This document shows positions 1 through 11,142 of a DNA stretch of 64,000 nucleotides, in pieces; the stretch's first letter is position 1; each line of letters opens with the position of its first letter. Below the pieces are notes generated by a model that had not been told where the DNA came from, ran no database searches, and saw nothing but the letters and a program-made list of their open reading frames with translations. This DNA comes from Haliotis cracherodii. Taxonomy: Eukaryota. Made by a program: the position numbers and the translations under genes. The DNA lies in NCBI RefSeq assembly GCF_022045235.1, contig NW_027266308.1:34224001-34288000 (forward strand), read 5' to 3'.

Positions 1-350
1 TGTATAATCAGAGAGTGGGTGAGTCTGATGCCATGTATAGCCAGAGAGTGGGTGAGTCTGATGCCATGTATAGCCAGAGAGTGGGTGAGTCTGATGCCAT
101 GTATAGCCAGAGAGTGGGTGAGTCTGATGCCATGTATAGCCAGAGAGTGGGTGAGTCTGATGCCATGTATAGCCAGAGGGTGGGTGAGTCTGATGCCATG
201 TATAGCCAGAGAGTAGGTGAGTCTGATGCCATGTATAGCCAGAGTGGGTGAGTCTGATGCCATGTATAGCCAGAGGGTGGGTGAGTCTGATGCCATGTGT
301 AGCCAGAGGGTGGGTGAGTCTGATGCCATGTCTGGTCAGAGTGGGTGAGT
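1..350. repeat. 33-bp minisatellite (gagagtgggtgagtctgatgccatgtatagcca), ~10 copies, in MNAT1 intron 2
   Basis: Direct tandem periodicity; continues past the left window edge. Confidence 0.95.
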
Positions 351-597
351 GATATTTGAGATGTTTAGCTTCTTTTCTTAAAATTAATATCATTCAGTGT
401 CACTCACTGGTCCAACATAACACAGCATTACAGGTCAATCCACTGTAGCAGTTGCCACTGACAGCCATTAGAAATCTAGAAAAGTGTTGGTTAGTATTTG
501 CAAAAATATAAGTAGCCCCTTCACTGCCCCTTGTAGACAGCACTAGAAATCTATACAAACCACATCAGTTACAGAGTGATAGCATTACCTTTTCTTT

Positions 598-917
598 GGT
601 GAGGTGAGGTAAAATAGGGTTTAACATTGTGTTCAAGACTATTGCACTTATAAAGCGACGTGATTGCACGTGTGAGTGAGGCTGCTTGTACTAGCCCATT
701 TAATAGTGCTAGCACACTGAGATACCATGCAGCAGTTTAACATGAATACCCCACTCAGGCACAGCATACCGACTCCATGCTGACCAGTCCTTGTAATAAA
801 CCCTTTATGCCGAACGCCAGGCAGTACCATCTTTAAACGTCTTTTGGTATGATGCGGCCGGGGATCGAACATCCACTCTCCGGGTGGATGCTCTACCACT
901 AGACCACGGAAGCAGTC
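598..917 (-). mobile_element. tRNA-derived SINE, V-domain-like
   Basis: Minus strand has A box (tggtctagtgg), B box (gttcgatcc), a central block resembling the V-SINE domain (catcataccaaaagacgtttaaagatggtactgcctggcgttcggcataaaggg) and a (CCTCA)n-like tail. Homologous to 55216-55567. Confidence 0.85.
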
Positions 918-1215
918 TTTTTTATTTGGGTAAAAAAATAAAGAGAGTCTTTAACAACCTCCCACCAGATTAGGTATTAAAATAATATGATTACTAAGTG
1001 TGTCCTGTAGGAACACACAGCTTATGTCAACCATGCCATTATGACTTTAAGCATGCTGTTGGAAACCTTATATGGAAATTTGAAACCCTGCATTTATCAT
1101 GATGCATCATTATTTGCGATGTATTAACCTTCTATTCTTTGTACAGTCAGGTAGTTTACATGCTTATCAGTAGTGTAAACAAGCTTCTTTTACGATTGAA
1201 TCAAAGGTTCCTTAC

Positions 1216-1368
1216 TCTCTAAGTATTCTCTTTCTAATGTCAAGTTCTTTCTCCACATTGGAGTCCTCGAAGATCTGTAGTCGGAAGTTGTTTCTCCGGA
1301 GAGCTGTGCCACATTCTGGACATGACCCCGACCCCTTGATGAACAGCAGGTCCACACAGCTCTCACAT
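1216..1368 (-). CDS. MNAT1: MNAT1/MAT1 coding exon 2 (C-terminal half of RING finger)
   Basis: Acceptor ttttaactgttgtAG at 1370-1369; the first base A completes TT+A=Leu from exon 1. Reads [50 protein letters not shown] plus GA, then the donor GTAAGG at 1215. 153 nt and in frame with exon 1. Later exons were not found in 1-1215. Confidence 0.96.
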
Positions 1369-2240
1369 CTACAACAGTTAAAACAGCAGGTCAACACAGC
1401 TCTCACATCTACAACAGTGAAAACAGCAGGTCCACACAGCTCTCACATCTACAACAGTGAAAACAGCAGGTCCACACAGCTCTCACATCTACAACAGTGA
1501 AAACAGAAGGTCCACACAGCTCTCACATCTACAACAGTGAAAACAGCAGGTCCACACAGCTCTCACATCTACAACAGTGAAAACAGGTCCACAAAGCTCT
1601 CACATCTACAACAGTTAAAACAGCAGGTCCACACAGCTCTCACATCAACAACAGTGAAAACAGAAGGTCCACACAGCTCTCACATCTACAACAGTGAAAA
1701 CAGAAGGTCCACACAGCTCTCACATCTACAACAGTGAAAACAGAAGGTCCACACAGCTCTCACATCTACAACAGTAAAAACAGAAGGTCCACACAGCTCT
1801 CACATCTACAACAGTGAAAACAGAAGGTCAACACAGCTCTCACATCTACAACAGTGAAAACAGAAGGTCAACACAGCTCTCACATCTACAACAGTGAAAA
1901 CAGAAGGTCCACACAGCTCTCACATCTACAACAGTGAAAACAGAAGGTCAACACAGCTCTCACATCTACAACAGTAAAAACAGAAGGTCCACACAGCTCT
2001 CACATCTACAACAGTGAAAACAGAAGGTCCACACAGCTCTCACATCTACAACAGTGAAAACAGAAGGTCCACACAGCTCTCACATCTACAACAGTGAAAA
2101 CAGAAGGTCCACACAGCTCTCACATCTACAACAGTGAAAACAGAAGGTCCACACAGCTCTCACATCTACAACCGTGAAAACAGCAGGTCCACACAGCTCT
2201 CACATCTACAACCGTGAAAACAGCAGGTCCACACAGCTCT
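1342..2240 (-). repeat. 40-bp minisatellite composed of the MNAT1 intron1/exon2 junction, ~22 units
   Basis: Minus-strand unit TTTTCACTGTTGTAG|ATGTGAGAGCTGTGTGGACCTTCTG equals the last 15 nt of the intron plus the first 25 nt of exon 2; the terminal copy is the real junction. Confidence 0.95.
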
Positions 2241-2244
2241 AAAT

Positions 2245-2610
2245 TGTAGCTGTATGTCATAACACCTACATTTGAGAGTACAGTGTAGCTGTATGTCATA
2301 ACACCTACATTTGAGAGTACAGTGTAGCTGTATGTCATAACACCTACATTTGAGAGAACAGTGTTGCTGTATGTCATAACACCTACATTTGAGAGTACAG
2401 TGTAGCTGTATGTCATAACACCTACATTTGAGAGTACAGTGTAGCTGTATGCCATAACACCTACATTTGAGAGTACAGTGTAGCTGTATGTCATAACAAC
2501 TACATTTGAGAGTACAGTGTAGCTGTATGTCAGAACACCTACATTTGAGAGTACAGTGTAGCTGTATGTCAGAACACCTACATTTGAGAGTACAGTGTAG
2601 CTGTATGACA
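2245..2610. repeat. 39-bp minisatellite (gtgtagctgtatgtcataacacctacatttgagagtaca), ~9 copies, degenerate continuation to ~2995
   Basis: Tandem periodicity; interrupted by the MITE at 2617-2927. Confidence 0.93.
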
Positions 2611-2616
2611 GAAAAC

Positions 2617-2927
2617 TAGTAGTGGGACGATACACCAATGCATCGGTGGATCGTGATTTTTAACTTCTCGATACAAGTATAGATCACAGTCACACAGTAT
2701 CAATTCTTACCTTAAATGTTTTCTTGAATAAGTGTTACACCAAACACTAATTACTAGTGAAAATGAGTAGTGAAAACAAAATTATTTTCATCCATTTCAT
2801 GACACTGCCAACTGTTAATCATTAGTGTGACAGGTATTTGGCTATCCTGTCTATGAAGAAGATGGCTTACGCACCACAGATATGTGCACATGCAAGTATC
2901 AGATCGCACAGTTGGTGTATCGTCCTA
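2617..2927. mobile_element. Non-autonomous hAT-like MITE inserted in the 39-bp array
   Basis: Inverted termini share ggacgatacaccaa / ttggtgtatcgtcc and the ends are TAG...CTA; 8-bp TSD cagaaaac (2609-2616) / cagaacac (2928-2935) with 1 mismatch. Confidence 0.7.
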
Positions 2928-3213
2928 CAGAACACCTACCATGCCTACAGTTGACTATATGGCTGTATGTCATAATGGCTACATTTGAGAGTAGTTACTA
3001 CATGTATAGCACAACAGCAAGTCTGACGTCACACCTGTGAATACTGTAACAAGAAAGAATGTTTGCAAATGCACACAAAACAAAGGCAGCACCATCACTG
3101 CCTTAACCTGAAGTCCACTAATGCTTACAACACTGACTACTTCTTACTGTCAACATGCATGGATTACCTAACACAGGCTATCCGACCACCCCTACACAGG
3201 GTAAGAGGCAAGA

Positions 3214-3273
3214 GGTGAGGTGAAATGGGGTTTAACGTCGCGTCCAAGATTATTGCACTTATATAGCGACGTC
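3214..3273 (-). mobile_element. 5'-truncated copy (3' 60 bp only) of the V-like SINE family
   Basis: Matches the 3' end of the SINEs at 598 and 55216; flanked by a perfect 12-bp TSD taagaggcaaga (3202-3213 and 3274-3285). Confidence 0.88.
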
Positions 3274-4137
3274 TAAGAGGCAAGAACATACACAACGATG
3301 TACATAGGACTTGTAGGGGAATTTGAGGTTCCCAGAAATGTATGCACTCACTGTGCATAAACATGTGATTATAGGGTATATGTAGTCGTCTTTACTAGGA
3401 ATGCAAGACTAGGCTGACTTTCGAAAAAATAAAAAATAAATGCCCTTTGGAAAGCTTAAACACATCACAATACCTAAAGTTCAAGTGGAAAAGCTATCAG
3501 TGAAACAAGAGGTTAAACATACCAAATGAACATGTGTATATATTGTTTGATGGACCAAATAGGGATGTGTGAGTTCATTGGAGTGAGAACCTTCAGAGAG
3601 TGAGGCCACATACTGTCATACTTGATTCTGTTGTACACTTGCGTGTAGGAGAAATGTTATTTTGAAGTAAAGGTTTTTGTAAAACAATTCTTGGTTGAGA
3701 AAAAATATTACATGTATGAATGATGGTAAAGGGATAATAAAACAACTGCCCTGTACAATAAAACATTAGCATTTTTTCCCAAATGAGATATCCCAAATGT
3801 TTTTTTGTTCTGATAAGTCTGTGTTGCTTATCAATGTTGTTTGTTTTTCTCTTGAGTTCAAATTCTTCAATTCAAAGAAACTTCTTCGGAAATCTTTTTA
3901 CTTTCTTCGTAACATATGACTAATTTTGCTTATATGGAGGTGTAGTGGTCTTTTAAGACAATAACCATGCACAGGTTTATTTTCTCTACCAGTACTTCAT
4001 AATAAAATATAAATCATAGCATGATGGGGGCACGTTTGTTCTGATCGAAAATAGGACAATCTATATGTTATATGCTCCTTTCTTTATATGAAAAAATGAA
4101 GTAGGACTATTAGGATACACATGAAACATTCACGCAC

Positions 4138-4226
4138 AATGAGTGTCCACAAACGTTGACTAGTAATTTCAGTGAGGGGTTCCGATATTTTGTTGTTTTA
4201 CATCTTGGACAACCTTGTTCGTCCAT
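4138..4226 (-). CDS. MNAT1: MNAT1/MAT1 coding exon 1 (N-terminal half of RING finger)
   Basis: Minus strand from the ATG at 4226 reads [29 protein letters not shown] plus TT, then the donor GTGCGT at 4137. This closely matches the MAT1 N-terminus ([28 protein letters not shown]). 89 nt, phase 2. Confidence 0.97.
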
Positions 4227-4430
4227 GTTCTCTTGCAATCTTCCGTTCGGCCAAACGTGGAATTACCTCCCTTTGACCAGTAAGTCCTCCGGAAGTATAG
4301 CACCACATACGTGGCTGAAAACACGGTCTCGGACTAAAGCCGCACTTGTCGGATTTGGCACCTTTTCGCTAACTCCTGGTATCATCGCCATGTGAAGTGA
4401 TTCATAAACACATGCTCATAATATAGTCGG
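4227..4430 (-). promoter_or_regulatory. Putative MNAT1 5'UTR/proximal promoter
   Basis: Directly upstream of the ATG; locally CpG-richer, with ETS-type CCGGAAGT at 4289-4296 and CTTCCG near 4240, as is common in housekeeping promoters. The TSS cannot be determined. Confidence 0.5.
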
Positions 4431-4433
4431 AAT

Positions 4434-4812
4434 TAGGGCTGGGACGGGTAACTCGGGTACTCGGCCGGGTAGGTCCCGAGTAGGACCCGAGTACCCACAG
4501 GACTACCCGGACCCGTGGTTAGTCACGTGATATATAGTTCGATGACAAAAACTCACTGTTCGCATTTCTTTCTGAAGATGCACACATTCCTTTTGGCTGG
4601 TATATGTTTGAGTAAAGATAAAACTTCAGTCAACTTCAGTGTATTGATCGTTTGATACAAGAATCTAAATAGTTTTTGCCAGGGCTGCGATAAAACAATT
4701 CCCAATCAGACATTTTGTTCCAAACTCTTTAGACCTGCAGTGGGTACCGGGTAGGGTCGGGTAATAGGGGATCGGGTACCAGGGTAGTAAATTTGAACTC
4801 GTCCACGCCCTA
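4434..4812. mobile_element. Non-autonomous hAT-type MITE ~210 bp upstream of the MNAT1 ATG
   Basis: Perfect 8-bp TSD gtcggaat (4426-4433 and 4813-4820); imperfect TIRs tagggctgggacg / cgtccacgcccta; multiple subterminal cgggta/tacccg motifs at both ends. Confidence 0.9.
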
Positions 4813-5132
4813 GTCGGAATCGTACAATCCCTGCGTTTTTCCAGACATTTCTAATGAATATGGAAAGTGTTTTGTCGCTTTTATTTACATCAGCTCACTC
4901 CTCCAAGTATCGGTGGATTATTTGTTTATATATGTTACTGTTATATAGGCACATCTCTCCCGTACATAATTATACTTGTCAGTTCAAATATCTCATCAAA
5001 GATCACACAGTCATATGTTTTTAACTTTATGATAGTATGCTGTAGAGTAATGCTGTCTCTAGAGATCGAGGATACAAAGAAAACATTTTCTGCGATCACA
5101 ATACTGTTTCGGCAATGTGGTGTTACTCTTGT

Positions 5133-5325
5133 CTTTTCTGTTGTTCAACGCCGCAATATTCCAGCTATATGACGGCGGTCTGTAAATAATCGTGTCTGGA
5201 CCAGACAATCCAGTGATTGATGTCATGAGCATCGATCCACGCAATTGGGATCGATGACATGCATCAACCACGTCTGATCACCCGATCCCGTTACTCGCCT
5301 CTTACGACAAGCATAGTCGCCTATT
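5133..5325 (-). mobile_element. SINE fragment, Meta-domain-like family
   Basis: Minus strand has tgcttgtcgtaagaggcgagtaacgggatcggg...ggattgtctggtccagacacgattatttacagaccgccgtcatatagctggaatattg; inverted homolog at ~11600-11791. Confidence 0.8.
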
Positions 5326-6682
5326 TCCAAAGAACGACATTTTAGTCCTGGCGTGTTTTAGTGTTGTTTCCCACCCAGTTGAACATTGATGGCTAGATAC
5401 CAAGGTACGTATGCGATAATAGGTAAGAAGGTCGATGAAACTCCAGGTAACCGAAAACGACAAGTTGTGTCATTTGTCAATTTGTCTTTAGAAGTGAGCG
5501 TGAAGTTTGATTTTAAACAGATCAGAAGGCTAGCCCCATCCTTACAAATTGTGAGGTGTTAAACAATGTTAATGTGAAGTTGGCTCTCTTTACCCCAGCA
5601 CAACAAAGACAGTTTTAACTGCCATGTTTGTACATATGTTTCCAGTTGTACCTGGTCATGCCGACTTAGTTATGGCAGGCCTAGGTGTAGCATTGCCTGT
5701 GAAACAGCATCCGTATCGCACCAACCCACTCATGTTATGCCATTTGGGTTAAAAAATGCCCCGGTTACTCACCATTGACGCCACGTCATGCCTACAGGTT
5801 ACAGAGACTAACATCGAGACGATCAGTTGAAGGGGGCCCGTGCCTTCTTTGAGAGACTTTCTCAGGTAACATTAAGTGTTAGTCTTGCAAAAGTGTTCTT
5901 CGGGCATGCATTCGGTCAAGGTCAGGTACAACCGATCATTGCAAAAGTAGAACCTATTGCCTTTTTTACCAGATCCGACAAATACACATTTGTTGGCCAC
6001 TTAGACAAAATGTACTAAGAAGAACGAAAATCAGAGGTTGTTTAGGTGGAGTTTGTCTTCGGAACGGTTTAATCTCCAAAACATATCAAGGGCAGAGAAT
6101 GTAATTACAGATGCACTATCAAGAGTCAGTTGATTGGATCAGTACACAAAAACCGTTTTGCTAAATTATGCATGTATAATGGTAGCATGTATTTTATGTT
6201 CTTTTAAAATGTTTAACAGAGCGTGTTATGTAAAGTCTTTTATCCTTGAAATTCTTGTCCAACTATAAAGAAGGTTTTCACTGTTTTCAAAGATTCCTTT
6301 TTTTTGAAGGGAGAGAGTGTTATGTGGCAGTAGATACTGTTGTAGGATTTGACGAGTGTTGGTGGCAGCAAATGTATGAAGCGCTCGTACAATACCTAGT
6401 GGCCAAACTGGCCCAGAATAATTCGAATGACTGACATATATTATTTATTGTTGCTGTCACTTACTTTACCCATTGTATTGCCTTTTGTTATTGTAAACCT
6501 AAAAGTACGTGTTTCAATATAATTTGACGTTGCCGTTTTATATTTAGTTGCAATGGATCGATGTTTATGCTGATGGACTGAAGCTCCCGAGTTTCATCGG
6601 AGTCAACTACAAAAGAAATATCTGAGCCGAGGCATAAAAACTGCCCCCCACTGTGTTGCGAAACGAACGTATTTCATAAACA
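5326..6682 (+). mobile_element. Degraded Gmr1-like gypsy LTR retrotransposon (IN C-terminus, RT, RNase H, PPT, putative 3' LTR)
   Basis: Fragmented motifs in order: ERHFSPG and LMARYQGTYAI (GPY/F-like integrase tail), PVKQHPYRTNP, VMPFGLKNAP, FFERLSQVTLSVSLAK...GQGQVQPIIAKVE, QRLFRWSL, KHIKGR-NVITDALSR. Then a polypurine tract gaagggagagag and TGTTA at 6318, with a possible LTR end ...ataaaCA at 6682. Confidence 0.8.
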
Positions 6683-6727
6683 ATTGTCTTTACATGCATT
6701 TAACAGCAGACGTAATTTAAAAGTAAC

Positions 6728-6788
6728 ATCGTCACGATATGGCTGAAATATTGCCGATGTGACGTTAAATTTAACTCACTCACTCACC
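6728..6788 (+). mobile_element. SINE 3' end with (ACTC)n tail
   Basis: cacgatatggctgaaatattgccgatgtgacgttaaatttaactcactcactcac resembles the 3' end of the SINE at 31654; a similar remnant lies at ~29110-29170. Confidence 0.65.
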
Positions 6789-6964
6789 CAAGGTAACATT
6801 TCAGTTTTAGTATCAATAAAACCAGCAAATGCGCGGTCAGGTCACTGGATATTCCGGTCTATCACTTGATTGTGTGGTCAAGACGTGATTGTTTACAGGC
6901 TGTCCTCGTATATAATGTGTACTCTTGAGCAGCGACAGACAATAAACAAACTTTGAAATGCTAA

Positions 6965-7125
6965 AAGGGTGCGTGGCAGGTGCTAGCGGCAGGGCAGGGC
7001 ATGCTAACCCTTTTCGCGAACACCTTGTTTCACCATTGATTTCCAGTGATCCATTCATATAATTTTCACCATATGTTGCCTTTTGTGCCCTATGGAAATT
7101 GTTCGGTAGATAATCGAGACTTGTT
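6965..7125 (+). mobile_element. 3' terminal fragment of a Naiad-type Penelope-like element
   Basis: Contains cccttttcgcgaacacct, also present in the 3' region of the RT remnant (48420-48475, minus) and, inverted, at 16500-16622 (~110 bp homology). Confidence 0.6.
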
Positions 7126-7174
7126 GTTTATAATTTATAATAACTATTCATAGATCTTGTGTGGGCATTCACTG

Positions 7175-8985
7175 AACACACAGATGGACACACAGACATA
7201 CTGATTGACACACGAACAGAGGAATAAACAGACACAGATGGACACACGAACAGAGGAGTACACAGACACACAGATGGACACACGAATCGAGGAATACACA
7301 GACACACAGATGGACACACGATCAGAGGTATGCACAGACACACAGATGGACACACGATCAGAGGAATAAACAGACACAGATGGACACACGAACAGAGGAA
7401 TACACAGACACACAGATGGACACACGAACAGAGGAATACACAGACACACAGATGGACACACGATCAGAGGAATAAACAGACACAGATGGACACACGAACA
7501 GAGGAATGCACAGACATACAGACTGACACACGAACAGAGGAGTACACAGACACACAGATGGACACACGAATCGAGGAATACACAGACACACATATGGACA
7601 CACGAAGCGAGGAATACACACACAGATGGACACACGAACAGAGGAATACACAGACACACAGGTGGACACACGAACAGAGGAATACACAGACACACAGATG
7701 GACACACGAACAGAGGAATACACAGACACACAAATTGACACACGAACAGAGGAATACACAGAGACACTGGTGGACACACGAAGAGGAATACACATACACA
7801 CAGATGGACACACGAACAGAGGAATGCACAGACACACAGATAGACACATGAAGCGAGGAATGCACAGACACACAGATGGACACACGAATAGAGGAGTACA
7901 CATGCACACAGATGGACACACGAACAGAGGAATGCACAGACACACAGATGGACACATGAAGCGAGGAATGCACAGACACACAGATGGACACATGAACAGA
8001 GGAATGCACAGACACACAGATGGGCACACGAACAGAGGAATAAATAGACACACAGATGGACACACGAAGCAAGGAGTACGCAGACATATAGATGGACACA
8101 CGAACAGAGGAATACACAGACACACAGATAGACACACGAACAGAGGAATACACAGACACACAGATGGACACATGGAGCGAGGAATGCACAGACATACAGA
8201 TGGACACACGAACAGAGGAATACACAGACATACTGATTGACACACGAACAGAGGAATACACAGACACACAGATGGACACACGAACAGAGGAATAAACAGA
8301 CACACAGATGGACACACGAACAGAGGAATATACAGACACACAGATGGACACATGGAGCGAGGAATGCACAGACACACAGATGGACACACGAATCGAGGAA
8401 TACACAGACACACATATGGACACACGAACAGAGGAATAAACAGACACACAGATAGACACACGAACAGAGGAATAAACAGACACACAGATAGACACACGAA
8501 CAGAGGAATACACAGACACACAGATAGACACACGAACAGAGGAATACACAGACACACAGATGGACACACGAACAGAGGAATAAACAGACACACAGATGGA
8601 CACACGAACAGAGGAATACACAGACACACAGATGGACACACGAACAGAGGAATACACAGACGCACAGATGGACACACGAATAGAGGAGTACACAGACACA
8701 CAGATGGACACATGAAGCGAGGAATGCACAGACACACAGATGGACACACGAACAGAGGAATGCACAGACACACAGATAGACACACGATTAGAGGAATACA
8801 CAGACATACAGACTGACACACGAACAGAGGAATACACAGACACACAGACGAACACCCGAAGCGAGAAATACACAGACACACAGATGGGGACACGAAGCGA
8901 GAAACACAGAGACACACAGATGGACACAAGAGGCGAGAAATACACAGACAAACAGATAGACACACGAACAGACAGACAGATAGAT
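7175..8985. repeat. ~36-bp CA/GA-rich minisatellite (acacagacacacagatggacacacgaacagaggaat), ~50 copies
   Basis: Tandem periodicity with 34-bp variants; produces spurious low-complexity ORFs on both strands. Confidence 0.95.
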
Positions 8986-9884
8986 TCTGTGAAGCTGTTT
9001 TACTGTCAACGCATCCATCGATTATATGATCAATTTCATTGTAGTGGTTCTATATGGACTGTAATCAATTTAACCTTTGAAAATAATAGCAAAATTACCG
9101 GTCCAGTTTGGAGCTCTATATCAAAGCATTTATATACGTTTGATAGCAATTTGATATGAGTTGTTGGCAAATTATATTTGATTATTATAATATGTGTGGT
9201 TGTACACTGCGAATGTGAGAGGGAGAGAGGGAGAGAGAGCCCGCACCTGCAAGGCCATATTGAGACAACGGGCAGTCCCTATTAACAATCTCAACCCCCG
9301 ACCCTCATCGCGGCCGCCGATCGGACTGGAAGCGACATAATAGATCTCACTCAAATGCTTGTTAATTTGCTACTATAAATTCACTGCTGGCAATAAAACA
9401 AATTATTGGCATAAACACGTGTCTCATTTGCATTGGCTATTGTCATTTAGCATGCATTATTTGTCAGTGCTCAGCAGGCAGGTTTTATTATCGGGAATCA
9501 GTATACAGTGTGGATTATTGAAGTCAATTAACGATTCTCCATTGCTCTTTTGCCACAAACACATGATCAAGTATAATAAGTATATATGTGATGTTCTAGA
9601 GCGACACCTGTATTGCTGCAGTAGGGCGAGGTCGCCCACTATATAATACCATACTGCCAGGAGTGTTGATGGTAAGTGGGCGTGGCTACACCAATACCAA
9701 TCAGACCGCACTGTGTTGTGTTATGACCGCTTCTTACCGTAACATGAGCATGTGTTATATATACTGCGGGTAATACATAATATTAGCTCTATTTACAAAG
9801 AAATCCCAGCATATGGAAACGTCACCCGCCCCATATGGAAATGCAACTTTTGTGGGTATTTGTCAAAGTGTCGTAAATTGTTGT

Positions 9885-11142
9885 TGTCAGCGCAATTAGT
9901 GTTACCTAGTGTCAGGGGCATAAGTGTCCTCTAGTGTCAGCGGAATTCATGTCCCTTTGCGTCAGCGGAATTAGTGTTCCCTACTGTCAGTGGAATTAGC
10001 GTTCTCTAGTGTCAACTAAATTAGTGTACGCTAGTGTCAGTGGAATTAGTGTCCTCTCGTGTCAAAGGAATTAGTGTACGCTAGTGTCAGTGGAATTAGT
10101 GTCCTCTAGTGTCAGAGGAATTAGTGCACGCTAGTGTCAACGGAATTAGTGTCCTCTAGTGTCAACGGAATGAGTTTTCCCTATTGTCAGTGGAATTAGT
10201 GTCACCTACTGTCAGCGGAATTTGTGTTCCAGAGTGTCAGCGGAATTTGTGTTCCCGAGTGTCAGCGGAATAAGTGTCCCGGAGCGTCAGCGGAATTAGT
10301 GTCCCAGAGTGTCAGCGGCAGAAGTGTCCCCGAGTGTCAGCGGATTTAGTGGCCACGAGTGTCAGCGGAATTAGTGTCCCCAAGTGTCAGCGGCATTAGT
10401 GTCCCCAGGTGTCAGTGGCATTAGTGTCCCCGAATGTCAGCGGCATTAGTGTCCCCGAGTGTCAGTGGCATAAGTGTCCCCGAGTGTCAGCGGCAGAAGT
10501 GTCCCCGAGTGTCAGCGGAATTAGTGTCCCCAAGTGTCAGCGGCATTAGTGTCCCCGAGTGTCAGCGGCATAAGTGTCCCCGAGTGTCAGCGGAATTAGT
10601 GTTCCCGAATGTCAGCGGCTTTAGTGTCCCTGAATGTCAGCGGCATAAGTGTCCCCAAGTGTCAGCGGCATAAGTGTCCCCGAGTGTCAGTGGCATTAGT
10701 GTCCCCGAGGGTCAGCGGAATTAGTGTCCCCAAGTGTCAGTGGCATTAGTGTCCCCGAATGTCAGCGGCATAAGTGTCCCCGGGTGTCAGTGGCATTAGT
10801 GTCCCCGAGTGTCAGCGGAATTAGTGTCCCCAAGTGTCAGCGGCATTAGTGTCCCCGAATGTCAGCGGCATTAGTGTCCCCGAGTGTCAGCGGCATTAGT
10901 GTCCCCAAGTGTCAGCGGCATTAGTGTCCCCGAATGTCAGCGGCATTAGTGCCCCCGAATGTCAGCGGCATTAGTGTCCCCGAGTGTCAGCGGCATTAGT
11001 GTCCCCGGGTGTCAGTGGCATTAGTGTCCCCGAGTGTCAGTGGCATTAGTGTCCCCGAGTGTCAGCGGAATTAGTGTCCCCAAGTGTCAGCGGCATTAGT
11101 GTTCCAGAGTGTCAGCGGCATTAGTGTCCCCTAGAGTCAGCA
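9885..11142. repeat. 25-bp minisatellite (gtgtcagcggcattagtgtccccga), ~50 copies
   Basis: Tandem periodicity; degenerate on the left, homogeneous on the right. Confidence 0.95.

Noticed and set aside
8-251. Repeat ORFs MASDSPTLWLY / MGESDAMYSQRV
   Set aside because: Artefacts of the 33-bp array inside an MNAT1 intron.
350-1211. MNAT1 exon 3
   Set aside because: No YNKxEEDF-like minus-strand coding segment with splice sites was found; it presumably lies left of the window.
7128-9159. Long ORFs (up to 535 aa) rich in C/V/L or H/T/R
   Set aside because: They are translations of a 36-bp CA-rich minisatellite, open in several frames on both strands, with no splice or domain evidence.
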